DNA of 64,000 nucleotides from an uncultured Chloroflexia bacterium (GTDB taxonomy: Bacteria > Chloroflexota > Limnocylindria > Limnocylindrales > CSP1-4): contig OY970218.1 of the NCBI GenBank assembly GCA_963713975.1, forward strand, positions 3,488,001 through 3,552,000, read 5' to 3'. The notes under the pieces were generated by a model. The model made no database searches and was not told the DNA's origin. It worked only from the letters and a program-made list of their open reading frames with translations. A program made the position numbers and the translations under genes. The stretch's first letter is position 1; each line of letters opens with the position of its first letter. Positions 47,809 through 61,390 of the stretch are shown in pieces.

Positions 47809-49851
47809 GTGCGCCTGCCCTGGCCGTTCGGCCGCAGGACGCCGCCGGAAGGGCCCTCCCCGGTCATGCCGGAGGGGCCCGCCGCGAGCGAGCCGGCGGC
47901 CGCCGCACCCGCGAACGCCGCCGTCGCGCCGCCGACTGGCGCGTGGGCCACGCTGCCCCCGATCCAGCGAACCGTCGAGGCACCACCCGTCGTTGCCCCG
48001 GCGGCGCCGTTCCTGGCCGCCGTGCCCGGCCATCGCCCGCTGCCCCCGATCGTCGGGCAGCTGGGTCACGACACGGGTCCCGGTGCACCCCCGGGGCTGG
48101 TCGTCGCGCGATCGTCGACCGTGCCCAGCCTGACGTCGCAGGCGGCGATGCCGACGCGGCCGATGCCGCGCCCGCCCGGAGACGCCGCCGATCACGGTTC
48201 TGCGCTCGACTCAGGTGCCGGCCCGGGCGCAGAGCACGCTCCCGCCGCGGCGACCGTGCCCGTCAGGCAGCTGGCGTCCGTGCCACCCGCCGCAACTGTG
48301 ATGCCCGCACCCCGGCCCTTGACCCTGGCTGCGAATCCCGTGCCCGTGGCCAGGCGTTCGAGCGGGCCGGCGCACGCCCCGGCAGCATCGGTGCAGGCGT
48401 CCCGAAGCGCGCCGGCGTCGACGTCGTTGACACCGGCCACCGGGCCGGCTGCCGGCGGTCCCCTGCCACCCCTCCATGGCACCGCTCCGGCCCGCGTCCG
48501 CAGCCGCTGGTCGGAGACCCCGACGTCGGCCGACGGCGGGCGGCCCGCCGGCCTCGGTGCTCCCCTGAACGTGGCCACCGACGGCGCCCGGTCCGGGTCG
48601 GCAAGCATGCCTGCCGAGGCCGCCCCGACACGGTCCGCGGGCGCCCAGCCCGCGCCTGCCTCCGTCTCACGACGGGCGGGCCTCGGTCTCCCGTTGTCGT
48701 TCCCGCCGCCCACGGCCGTGGCCCAGCGGCTGCCCGATGGCGGCTCCAGGCCGGCTGGGACCGGGTCGCCGCTTGCGACCGCCACAGGGCCGGCCGGACC
48801 TGCCTCCGCGTCCCGGGCCTCAGCCGGCGCCCCTGGTGTCGCGGCGGGGCTCGGCCAACCGTCGATCGGATCGCAGGGCTCCCAGCTGCCGGCTCGGTCC
48901 CTGCCCGTCCTTGCCGTCGCACGCCACCGGTCCGGGGAGCCCCCGTCACCCGGCCCCATCGCCATGTGGCCCAGCCCCGTGGCCACGCCGCCCACCCCGG
49001 GCGCAGGCCAGGCATCAGCCGGCCCGACGCCTCCGTCCGCGCTGCGTGCCGGGGCCGTCCTGCCAACCCTCGGAGCGCGGCCGCTGCGGGCCGCGACGGC
49101 TGTCCAGCGCGAGCCCGCGACGGCGGGGCCGGCCGCGGGACAGCCAACCGCCCGACAGCCGGCCCAGGTGGCCGCCAAGTGGACGGCCGGGGCCGATCTC
49201 CCGGCCACGGTCCGGAGCGTGGCGCCAGTGACCGTCACCACCCCGGGTTCGGGACCCGTGTTGCTGCAGCGGCTGACCGACCAGGTCGCCGAACCGGCCG
49301 CCACGATCCCCGGCCTCGGCCTCTCCAGCGAGATCGTGTTCCCCGCGCGCACTGGCGCAACGGGTGATCATGCGGTTGGCTCGCACGGCGTCGCAACGGC
49401 CGCGGTGCCCGGGATCGCCGGGATCCAGCGCGTTGCGGCGGCCGGCATCCCCTCGTGGGCTCCCCAGATGACGAGCCCTGGCAACCGGCCGGAGCACGCA
49501 AGCTCACATTCGTCGACGCCCGCCCGCGGGCTCCTGGCCCTCGCCCGCCCGCAGGTCGGGACCACCCAGGCGGCCGTGGCGCGGCTCGCGGCGTCGGCCC
49601 CATCACCGGCCGCGACGCCCTCAGTGCAGGCCATCGCCACCCAGGGTCCGGCCGATGTCGGCGGCGTGACCGCCACGCCCATGGTCCAGCGCGTGGACGG
49701 CGCGGCTCCGGCGGCCCCGTCCGAGCAGGGCCGCTCCGAGTCGGAGCTGGACGAGCTCGCCCGCGCGCTGTTCGGCCGCATCCGCACCCACCTCCGCACG
49801 GAGGTCATCCACGAGCGTGAGGCCAAGGGCCTCACCTTCGACGCTTTCTAA
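47809..49851 (+). CDS. 680-aa Pro/Ala-rich protein with repeated xQR/xAR motifs, in the tape-measure position
   Basis: GTG after GGAGGAG; low complexity; helical C-terminus ELDELARALFGRIRTHLRTEVIHERE. Confidence 0.7.
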   Translation: MRLPWPFGRRTPPEGPSPVMPEGPAASEPAAAAPANAAVAPPTGAWATLPPIQRTVEAPPVVAPAAPFLAAVPGHRPLPPIVGQLGHDTGPGAPPGLVVARSSTVPSLTSQAAMPTRPMPRPPGDAADHGSALDSGAGPGAEHAPAAATVPVRQLASVPPAATVMPAPRPLTLAANPVPVARRSSGPAHAPAASVQASRSAPASTSLTPATGPAAGGPLPPLHGTAPARVRSRWSETPTSADGGRPAGLGAPLNVATDGARSGSASMPAEAAPTRSAGAQPAPASVSRRAGLGLPLSFPPPTAVAQRLPDGGSRPAGTGSPLATATGPAGPASASRASAGAPGVAAGLGQPSIGSQGSQLPARSLPVLAVARHRSGEPPSPGPIAMWPSPVATPPTPGAGQASAGPTPPSALRAGAVLPTLGARPLRAATAVQREPATAGPAAGQPTARQPAQVAAKWTAGADLPATVRSVAPVTVTTPGSGPVLLQRLTDQVAEPAATIPGLGLSSEIVFPARTGATGDHAVGSHGVATAAVPGIAGIQRVAAAGIPSWAPQMTSPGNRPEHASSHSSTPARGLLALARPQVGTTQAAVARLAASAPSPAATPSVQAIATQGPADVGGVTATPMVQRVDGAAPAAPSEQGRSESELDELARALFGRIRTHLRTEVIHEREAKGLTFDAF

Positions 49852-49860
49852 GGAGCAGCG

Positions 49861-50346
49861 ATGGGCGATCCCGCCATCAGCGTCGCCTACAAGTGCACGA
49901 TCGACGGCCTCATCCCGCTGGGGATCTGGACCAAGATCGAGGGCCTGGGCTTCGAGTACCAGGTGACGGAGTACCGCGAGGGCGGGGTCAACGGGTACAC
50001 CCACAAGATCCTGGGACCCTGCAAGTACACGAACCTGCGCCTGAGCCGGCCCGTGGACTCCACCTCCGAGTTCCTCATGCTGTGGCTCCAGTCGCAGATG
50101 ATCGCCGTGCTGCCCATGACGATGTCGATCACGGCCTGCACGGCGAGCGGCGAGGACATCACCACCTGGAACCTGGCCGGCGTGGTGCCGGTCAAGTGGG
50201 GCGGACCCAGCCTCGACGTCATGAGCAACAACGTGGCCACGGAGACGCTCGAGATCTCCTACCAGGAGATCATCGGGCTTGGGGCCCTGGGGGCCGCCCT
50301 GACCGGCGCCCTGTCCGTCTCCGCCTCCGCGTCCGTGTCGTTCTGA
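49861..50346 (+). CDS. Second tail tube protein (gp19-like, Afp5-type)
   Basis: EGLG.E.....YREGGVNG, LRLSRP, W.L..V.PVKW.GP.LD, VATETLEI. Confidence 0.9.
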   Translation: MGDPAISVAYKCTIDGLIPLGIWTKIEGLGFEYQVTEYREGGVNGYTHKILGPCKYTNLRLSRPVDSTSEFLMLWLQSQMIAVLPMTMSITACTASGEDITTWNLAGVVPVKWGGPSLDVMSNNVATETLEISYQEIIGLGALGAALTGALSVSASASVSF

Positions 50347-50356
50347 GGCCGCCGCA

Positions 50357-51094
50357 ATGGTGATGGAAGCAGCCGGATCGGCCGTCAGCGCGGTCGGCGA
50401 GGCGCTCGGCCTGCTCAAGCCCGACAAGGCCAAGATCGTCTGCGTCGGCGACAACATGCCCTCGGGCAAGCCCGAGATCGAGTGCATGTTCAACCCGACC
50501 GAGTACCGCCTCACCCAGACGCTCAACGTCACCCGCAACCAGACCCCGGCCAAGGACGGCGGCACGCCCGAATTCTCGGGCACCAACGCGATGACCCTGA
50601 CGACCCAGCTGTTCTTCGATGACTTCGGGTCGATGGAGGGCGACGTCACCCCCAAGATCACGACGCTGCTGGGCTGGACACACCCGACCTCGGCCTCGCT
50701 GGGCAAGAAGAAGCCCTGTCCGCCGCTGGTGTCATTCCGCTGGGGCGGCAACCCGCAGCTGGACGACTTCTCGGGGTTCCTCAAGAGCGTCGTCGTCAAC
50801 TACACGATCTTCCGCAAGGACGGGACCCCGGTCCAGGCCAAGGTGGACATCACCATCGAGGGCCAGCCCGAGTCGATCGGCGGGCAGAACCCGACCTCGC
50901 ACTCGATCAACAGCCGGCGCACCCACACGGTGATCGACGGCGACACGCTCCAGTCCGTGGCCTACGCGGAGCTGGGCAGGCCCGCCTACTGGCGCGCAAT
51001 CGCCGAGCTCAACGGGATCGACGACCCGCAGCGCGTGACGGCCGGCACAGTGCTCCTGATCCCGAGCCTCGCCGACGCGGCGCGCGGCGCCTGA
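50357..51094 (+). CDS. CIS tube initiator with C-terminal LysM (Afp7-like)
   Basis: FNPTEY, PPLVSFRWG, YTIFRKDGTP, GDTLQSVAY..LG....WRAIAELNGIDDP. Confidence 0.9.
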   Translation: MVMEAAGSAVSAVGEALGLLKPDKAKIVCVGDNMPSGKPEIECMFNPTEYRLTQTLNVTRNQTPAKDGGTPEFSGTNAMTLTTQLFFDDFGSMEGDVTPKITTLLGWTHPTSASLGKKKPCPPLVSFRWGGNPQLDDFSGFLKSVVVNYTIFRKDGTPVQAKVDITIEGQPESIGGQNPTSHSINSRRTHTVIDGDTLQSVAYAELGRPAYWRAIAELNGIDDPQRVTAGTVLLIPSLADAARGA

Positions 51095-51103
51095 GCCACG
51101 ACG

Positions 51104-52789
51104 ATGCCCACCAGCACGGCCTCCATCCAGCGGATCGTCGAGATCGACGGCACGGAGCTGGCTCCGGACCTCGAGGGCCAGCTCGAGAGCGCCCTGGTGG
51201 TGGACCGCCTGGCCATGCCCGACATGTTCGCCCTCGTGTTCCGGGACCCCACCCGGGACATCCTGGGCAGGGCGGGCCTCGAGATCGGCAAGGTCGTGCG
51301 GATCTCCACGACGTCGCTCACGGGTGACAGCCCCGAGCCGCTCATCACCGGTGAGGTGACGTCCATCGAGGCCGAGTACGACACGCTGGGGACCCGGGCC
51401 GTGGTCCGCGGCTACGACAAGTCACACCGCCTGGCGGCGGGCCGCCGGACCGCCACCTATCAGAACACGAAGTACTCGGACATCGCCCAGCAGATCGCCG
51501 GGGACGCAGGCCTCCAGGCCGAGGTCGATACGTCGGACGGCACGTACGAGCACGTGTTCCAGGTGAACCAGTCCGACCTGGACTTCCTGTACGGGCTCGC
51601 CCGCGAGATCGGCTTCGACTGTCACGTGGACGACGAGACGCTCAAGTTCAAGAAGCCGATCGAGTCCACTGGGGCGCCCGGAGAGGGCGACTTCGAGAGT
51701 GCGGATCCGGTCCAGCTGGTGTGGGGCAGCAACCTGCTCGAGTTCCGGGCACGGATGAGCGCCGTGGCCCAGGTCGCGAGCGTTGAGGTCCGGGGCTGGG
51801 ATCCCGCCGCCAAGCAGGAGGTCATCGGGACGGCCGATGCCACCGCGACCAACGCCGAGCTGTCGACCACCGCCGCGGACCTGGCCGAGCTGGTCGGCGG
51901 CCAGACCCTCGTCGTGGTCAACCACGGGGTCCAGAGCCAGCAGGCCGCCGACCAGCTGGCCCAGGCGAGGGCGGAGCAGATCGGCAGCGCCGGGTTCGAG
52001 GCCACGGCCGTCGCCGTCGGCTCGCCGGCGCTCCGGGCGGGCACACCCGTCAGCGTGTCGGGCATCGACCCGGCCCTCGCGGGCAAGTGGGTGATCTCCG
52101 GCTCCCGCCACGAGTTCGGTGCCGGTGCCTATCGGACGGCGCTCGAGTTCACCGGGCGCCAGGACCGCTCGATCCTGGGGCTGGTCAGCCAGGGGTCGGC
52201 CGGAACCCCCGATCGGCTGCCGGGGGTCGTGATCGCGCTGGTCGACGACAACGATGATCCCGAGGCGATGGGTCGCGTGCGGCTCCGCTTCCCGTGGATG
52301 GGCGAGGACGCCGTCTCCTTCTGGGCGCGCGTGGCGATGCCGGGCGCCGGCAAGGACTACGGCGTGGTCTGGATGCCCCAGGTCGGCGACGAGGTGCTGG
52401 TGGCCTTCGAGCACGGCGATCCGTCGCGGCCCTTCGTCCTGGGCGGGCTATGGAACGGCACGGACACGCCGCCACTGGGCGATTCGCTGTTCGACGCCGG
52501 CAAGGTGACCCGTTCGGGGTTCGTCTCGCGAGCCGGGCACAAGCTGGTGTTCTTCGACGACCCAGGCGAATCCGGGATCGCGCTGATCAGCGCCGACAAC
52601 AAGTTCCGGGTCTCGCTCAACGAGACCAAGGGGCAGGTCCACGTCTACTTCGACGGCAAGCTCCTGCTCGAGGGGACCGGCGACGTGGAGGTGAAGACGC
52701 AGGGCAGCTTCAAGGTCGACGCCTCGGGTGTCGAGATCAAGGCATCGGGCCAGACGGCCATCAAGGGCGCCACCGTGGCGCTCAACTAG
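51104..52789 (+). CDS. vgrG: VgrG-like spike/hub protein (Afp8-like)
   Basis: Q.NQSDLDFL..LA, DPEAMGRVRLRFPW, WARVA, PQVGDEVLVAFEHGD, beta-helix C-terminus. Confidence 0.92.
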   Translation: MPTSTASIQRIVEIDGTELAPDLEGQLESALVVDRLAMPDMFALVFRDPTRDILGRAGLEIGKVVRISTTSLTGDSPEPLITGEVTSIEAEYDTLGTRAVVRGYDKSHRLAAGRRTATYQNTKYSDIAQQIAGDAGLQAEVDTSDGTYEHVFQVNQSDLDFLYGLAREIGFDCHVDDETLKFKKPIESTGAPGEGDFESADPVQLVWGSNLLEFRARMSAVAQVASVEVRGWDPAAKQEVIGTADATATNAELSTTAADLAELVGGQTLVVVNHGVQSQQAADQLAQARAEQIGSAGFEATAVAVGSPALRAGTPVSVSGIDPALAGKWVISGSRHEFGAGAYRTALEFTGRQDRSILGLVSQGSAGTPDRLPGVVIALVDDNDDPEAMGRVRLRFPWMGEDAVSFWARVAMPGAGKDYGVVWMPQVGDEVLVAFEHGDPSRPFVLGGLWNGTDTPPLGDSLFDAGKVTRSGFVSRAGHKLVFFDDPGESGIALISADNKFRVSLNETKGQVHVYFDGKLLLEGTGDVEVKTQGSFKVDASGVEIKASGQTAIKGATVALN

Positions 52790-52801
52790 GCGGAGCGGGA
52801 G

Positions 52802-53191
52802 ATGGCGCAGCCGCTCGTCATGGGCGACAAGATCCAGGGCCAGTGCGCGGTCCACCAGGTGCCGAACCCGGCATCGGGGGCGCCGCAGCCCTCCCCTGCC
52901 CCGATGCCCTTCTCGGCACCCCTCCTGACCGGGCTCGAGCCGACGGTCACGATCGGCGGCAAGGCGGTTGCTGTCATGGGCTCGTCCGGCTACAACACGC
53001 CGCCCCACGTGGGCCTCCACCCGTCGGACCCGTTCATGGTCCCCACGATGCAGCAGGGCATGGTCCTGTCCGGCAGCCCCACCGTGATGGCCGGTGGCAA
53101 GCCCATCGCGACGACCGACTCGCAGACCGCCATGTGCGCCCAGGTGCCGGGCCAGCCCGTGTCCACCGTCGGCGACGTGACGGTGGCGTGA
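52802..53191 (+). CDS. PAAR-like spike tip protein
   Basis: Cys/His motif C..H, TVTIGGKAVA, GSPTVMAGGKPIA; directly after vgrG. Confidence 0.85.
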   Translation: MAQPLVMGDKIQGQCAVHQVPNPASGAPQPSPAPMPFSAPLLTGLEPTVTIGGKAVAVMGSSGYNTPPHVGLHPSDPFMVPTMQQGMVLSGSPTVMAGGKPIATTDSQTAMCAQVPGQPVSTVGDVTVA

Positions 53192-53201
53192 GGAGGGTGA
53201 T

Positions 53202-53600
53202 GTGAGCGACGAGTTCATCGGACGCGGCTGGGCCTTCCCGCTGCGCACGGACGCCACCGGCAGCATCGCCCTGGTCTCACGCGAGCGCGAGATCGAGGAG
53301 GCGATTCGCCTGATCCTCGGCACGTCGCCGGGCGAGCGGCCGATGCGTCCCGAGTTCGGCTGCCGGATCCACGAGCACGTGTTCGCCTCGGCGGACGGCG
53401 GCACGGCGTCGGCGATGGCCGCCGAGGTCAAGGCCGCGCTCCGTCGCTGGGAGCCGCGGATCGAGGTCGAGGACGTGGTCGTCACGTTCGACAGCCGCGA
53501 GGCCACGACCCTCTACATCGACATCCGCTACGCCATCCGGCCGACCAACGACCGCCGCAACCTCGTGTTCCCCTTCTACGTGATCCCGGGAGGAGACTGA
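53202..53600 (+). CDS. gp25/GPW baseplate wedge protein (Afp9-like)
   Basis: GRGWAFP, ILGTSPGERPMRPEFGC, WEPRI, NLVFPFY. Confidence 0.95.
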   Translation: MSDEFIGRGWAFPLRTDATGSIALVSREREIEEAIRLILGTSPGERPMRPEFGCRIHEHVFASADGGTASAMAAEVKAALRRWEPRIEVEDVVVTFDSREATTLYIDIRYAIRPTNDRRNLVFPFYVIPGGD

Positions 53601-53602
53601 CC

Positions 53603-58135
<4,533 letters not shown>

Positions 58136-58180
58136 CGTCCCGCGGTCGTGGTCGCTTGCCGACCTGGTCCGCAAGCGGGG

Positions 58181-61177
58181 TCAGGGGGCGGCGACCGCCG
58201 GATCGACCGATACGCCCAGCGTCTCCAGGACGAGGGCGTACTCGCGGCGGTCGCGTGATGCCGCGCCTGCCTCGCCGCCGCGATCCCGGGCGCTGATCAG
58301 CATGCGCCACAGGGCATCCTGGTAGCGATCCAGCTCCAGGCCGAACCTGCAGGCCCGAACGACGGTGGACAGGTCTCCCGCCAGCAGACTCTCCTGGGCG
58401 AGCCGTTCCGCGGCCTCGATGGCCCGCGTCCGGTACTGGTCACGGCGCTCGGCCACCCAGTCGGCCGGGCCCTCCTCGGGGAGCAGGTCGCCGGTGTAGA
58501 GGTCCAGGATCGTGGCGAACGCAGCCGACGACGCCTCCCCGCGCGCCGTGGCGGCACGACCGGCGGAGAGGGCGCGATCGAAGCGGCCGATGTCGACGTC
58601 CTCCGGCGCGACCGCGAGCCGGTAGGCATCGCCGTCGCGGACGACGAGGTGGCTGCCGGGCGGGCACACCGCCTCGTCGAGAAGCCGGCGCAGGGCGGAC
58701 AGGGCGACATGGAGGCTGCGGGCGCCTGCGCCCGCATCGACATCGGGCCACAGCGCCTCCTGGATCACCTCGCGGTGGACCGGCGCCCCCGCGTGCATCG
58801 CAAGCAGGCGCAGCAGCGACCGGACCCGTGGCTTGACGCCATCGAGCTCGACACGGCGACCATCGACCTCCAGGACGCAACCGCCCAGCGTGCGTACCCG
58901 AATTGCGGGCCCTGCGCCTTCCTGCCGCTCGGGTGCCACATCCGGAGCGAGCACCGCGGGGGCCGCCGCCACACCCTCGTCCGGACCTTCCTCGGCGCCA
59001 TCGGACCTCCGCACCCACGGGGGCTCGTTGAGCCCCGTCTCCATGGCGGCCGCCTGGGCGACTTGGTGGTGATCGTCGCGCCGGCCGGGGTCCGCCTCGG
59101 CGAGGGCGAGGTGCGCCAGCATCCGCGCCGCCGGCGTCCCGGTCGCGCGCGCGAGGCCCTCGGCCGCGGCGGCCTGGTCTCGGGCGTCGGGCAGTCCAGA
59201 CCGGGCCGCGGCCAGTGCTCCAAGCGAGCGTGCCCACGACTCCAGGACGCCTGCCCCGAGCCGCCGGAAGGTGTCCGCCCCGGCGTCGGCCGCGTCGAGC
59301 ACATCGGCCGGATCCCCGTGACCGCACCAAGCTGCGGCCAGGTCGAGCAGGGCGGAGCCCCACGTCTCGTCGACGGTGAGCGTGGTCTGGCGGTCGCCGG
59401 CACCGGCTCCGGCGGCGGCGAGGCTCCCTCCCAGCGCCCGGCCGAGGCGCGCCAGCCACGCGACCCCTGCCCGCTCGGCATCCTCGACCGCCCGATCGAA
59501 GGCTCGCATGTCACATGGCTCACCGGCGAGCACCGCCGCAACGGTTGCGCCAAGGCGGGCCGCGGCAGCCGCGATCGGTCCGCCGGACCCGGCGTCAGCG
59601 GCATCCTCGAGGATGCCGTGAGCCGTGACGACCTCACCGGCAGCCAGCAGGAGCAGGCCCCGAGCGACCGGTGCCGACGGTTCCGGCCGACGGGCGAGGT
59701 CGCGAGCCGTGCGGCCCGGGTCACGAACCAGGCCCTGGCGGAGCACGCCGACAGGGTCATGCGGCGGGATTGCTCCCGGGTCCAGCCAGGCGGCCAGGGC
59801 CAGCCTCTCGGTGCGAGGGACCTCCGCGGCGCGGGCCGGACCCAGTCCCGCCTCCGCGTGCGCATACGCGGCCATGGCCGCAGGCCAGCGACCGTCGTTC
59901 CGGGCACGCCGCGCCGCCGCGAGCGCCACCCACGGATCGTGCCGTTCGATGGCCGGTGGGAGGGCATCGATCCATCGGCCCTCGTCGCTGGCGGCCAGGC
60001 GTTCGCCCTCCCCACCGAGCAGCGCGCGCACCGCATCCCAGTCCTCGGCCCGCGAAAAGGCACGCAGCGCCTCCGGAAACGCGCCGTCCTCCTCGAGCAG
60101 GCGACCTGCTCGACCGTGACGCTCGCGGGCCGTCGCCTCGCCGGCCTCCTCCACGAGCATCCGGTCGAGGTGCTGGCGGAGGACCTCGTGGTAGCGGTAG
60201 GCGTCCGTCCCGTCCTCGATAGGCACGGTGAACACCCCGCGTCGGGCCAGCTCGTCGAGCGTGGCCCGGCTGCCTCCGGCGTCGCGCACCCGATCGCACA
60301 GCGGCCCGGACAGCCGCCCAAGGACGCAGGTGTCGACGAGGAACCGCTGCAGGTCCGCGGGCAGGCCGGCCATCACGTTCTGGGCGAGGTACTCGCGCAG
60401 CAGACGGCCGCTGGAGCCCGGCCCGCCCAGCACCCGGCGCCGCTCCTCCGGCGAACGGCCCTGGGTGGCGAGATGGAACAGCTGCAGGCCCGCCGCCCAG
60501 CCCTCCGTGCGGCGCGCGAGGACCGCCAGGTCCGCCGGTGCCACCGGATCGTGGTACACGTCGCGGAAGAGCTGCTCGACCTCCCAGGCCCGGAACCGCA
60601 GGTCATCCGGGCCCACCTCGAGCAACTGGTCGGCGACGCGCAGCCGCGAGAGGTTGAGGCCCGGCGCAACGCGTGTGGCGAGCACGATCGTCAGCCACGA
60701 AGGCGCGTAGTCGACCAGGCGCCCGAACGCTGCCTCGGCTGGCGTGTCCTCCAGGCAATAGAAGTCGTCGATCATGAGCAGGACGGGCACCGGCGGCGAG
60801 CCCGCGGCGGCGTCGAGCGCCCTCGCCGCGTCCTCCACCCGGCGCCAGCCGGTCGCGAGCCCCGGAACCACCGCGGCGAGCGACGCCTCGACATGCCGCA
60901 CGAGGGAGGCCTCGTCGGCATCCCAGGACTCGGCGCGGTACCAGGCGACCGGTGCACCGGCCGTCGCCGCGAAGCGCGCAAGCAGCGTGGTCTTGCCGGA
61001 CCCGGCGGGGGCGACCACGAGCGTCAGACGCTTCCCGAAGGAAGCACCGAGGAGGGCCTCCAGGCGCTCTCTGGGAAGGGCGGCAAGCACCGGCACCCGG
61101 ACCTTCGCCGGTACCACCTGTTGCGCCCCGAGTGCGGCCGTATGGCCGAGTTCCGCGCCCCCGCGCGCGTCTCGCAA
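58181..61177 (-). CDS. MalT-like STAND NTPase regulator with C-terminal wHTH + BTAD (SARP-type) domain
   Basis: APAGSGKTT, LLMIDDF, RTEGWAAGL, YRYHEVLR; VRTLGG...LLRLL..REVI.EALWP, LYTGDLLPE, LDRYQD. Confidence 0.85.
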   Translation of the reverse strand: MRDARGGAELGHTAALGAQQVVPAKVRVPVLAALPRERLEALLGASFGKRLTLVVAPAGSGKTTLLARFAATAGAPVAWYRAESWDADEASLVRHVEASLAAVVPGLATGWRRVEDAARALDAAAGSPPVPVLLMIDDFYCLEDTPAEAAFGRLVDYAPSWLTIVLATRVAPGLNLSRLRVADQLLEVGPDDLRFRAWEVEQLFRDVYHDPVAPADLAVLARRTEGWAAGLQLFHLATQGRSPEERRRVLGGPGSSGRLLREYLAQNVMAGLPADLQRFLVDTCVLGRLSGPLCDRVRDAGGSRATLDELARRGVFTVPIEDGTDAYRYHEVLRQHLDRMLVEEAGEATARERHGRAGRLLEEDGAFPEALRAFSRAEDWDAVRALLGGEGERLAASDEGRWIDALPPAIERHDPWVALAAARRARNDGRWPAAMAAYAHAEAGLGPARAAEVPRTERLALAAWLDPGAIPPHDPVGVLRQGLVRDPGRTARDLARRPEPSAPVARGLLLLAAGEVVTAHGILEDAADAGSGGPIAAAAARLGATVAAVLAGEPCDMRAFDRAVEDAERAGVAWLARLGRALGGSLAAAGAGAGDRQTTLTVDETWGSALLDLAAAWCGHGDPADVLDAADAGADTFRRLGAGVLESWARSLGALAAARSGLPDARDQAAAAEGLARATGTPAARMLAHLALAEADPGRRDDHHQVAQAAAMETGLNEPPWVRRSDGAEEGPDEGVAAAPAVLAPDVAPERQEGAGPAIRVRTLGGCVLEVDGRRVELDGVKPRVRSLLRLLAMHAGAPVHREVIQEALWPDVDAGAGARSLHVALSALRRLLDEAVCPPGSHLVVRDGDAYRLAVAPEDVDIGRFDRALSAGRAATARGEASSAAFATILDLYTGDLLPEEGPADWVAERRDQYRTRAIEAAERLAQESLLAGDLSTVVRACRFGLELDRYQDALWRMLISARDRGGEAGAASRDRREYALVLETLGVSVDPAVAAP

Positions 61178-61309
61178 TGCTCCCTCCCTCGCCGTCGGGA
61201 CCCCACGGCGGCCCCGGGGACCCTATCGTGCCACCGCGAGCCATAGCCGGTCTAGGGGGAAGCCTGCCCTATGGGCCATGGCCAGTAGTGACGAGGCGCC
61301 CTACCAGTG

Positions 61310-61347
61310 ACGAAGCGCCCTCCCCGCAATCGGGGAGGGCGCTTCGT
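61310..61347. terminator. Perfect 17-bp-stem hairpin downstream of ppdK
   Basis: ACGAAGCGCCCTCCCCG-CAAT-CGGGGAGGGCGCTTCGT. Confidence 0.75.
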
Positions 61348-61390
61348 TCATGCGCGTGACGTTGCCGGGCCACGGGCCCGGCAGAAGGTG

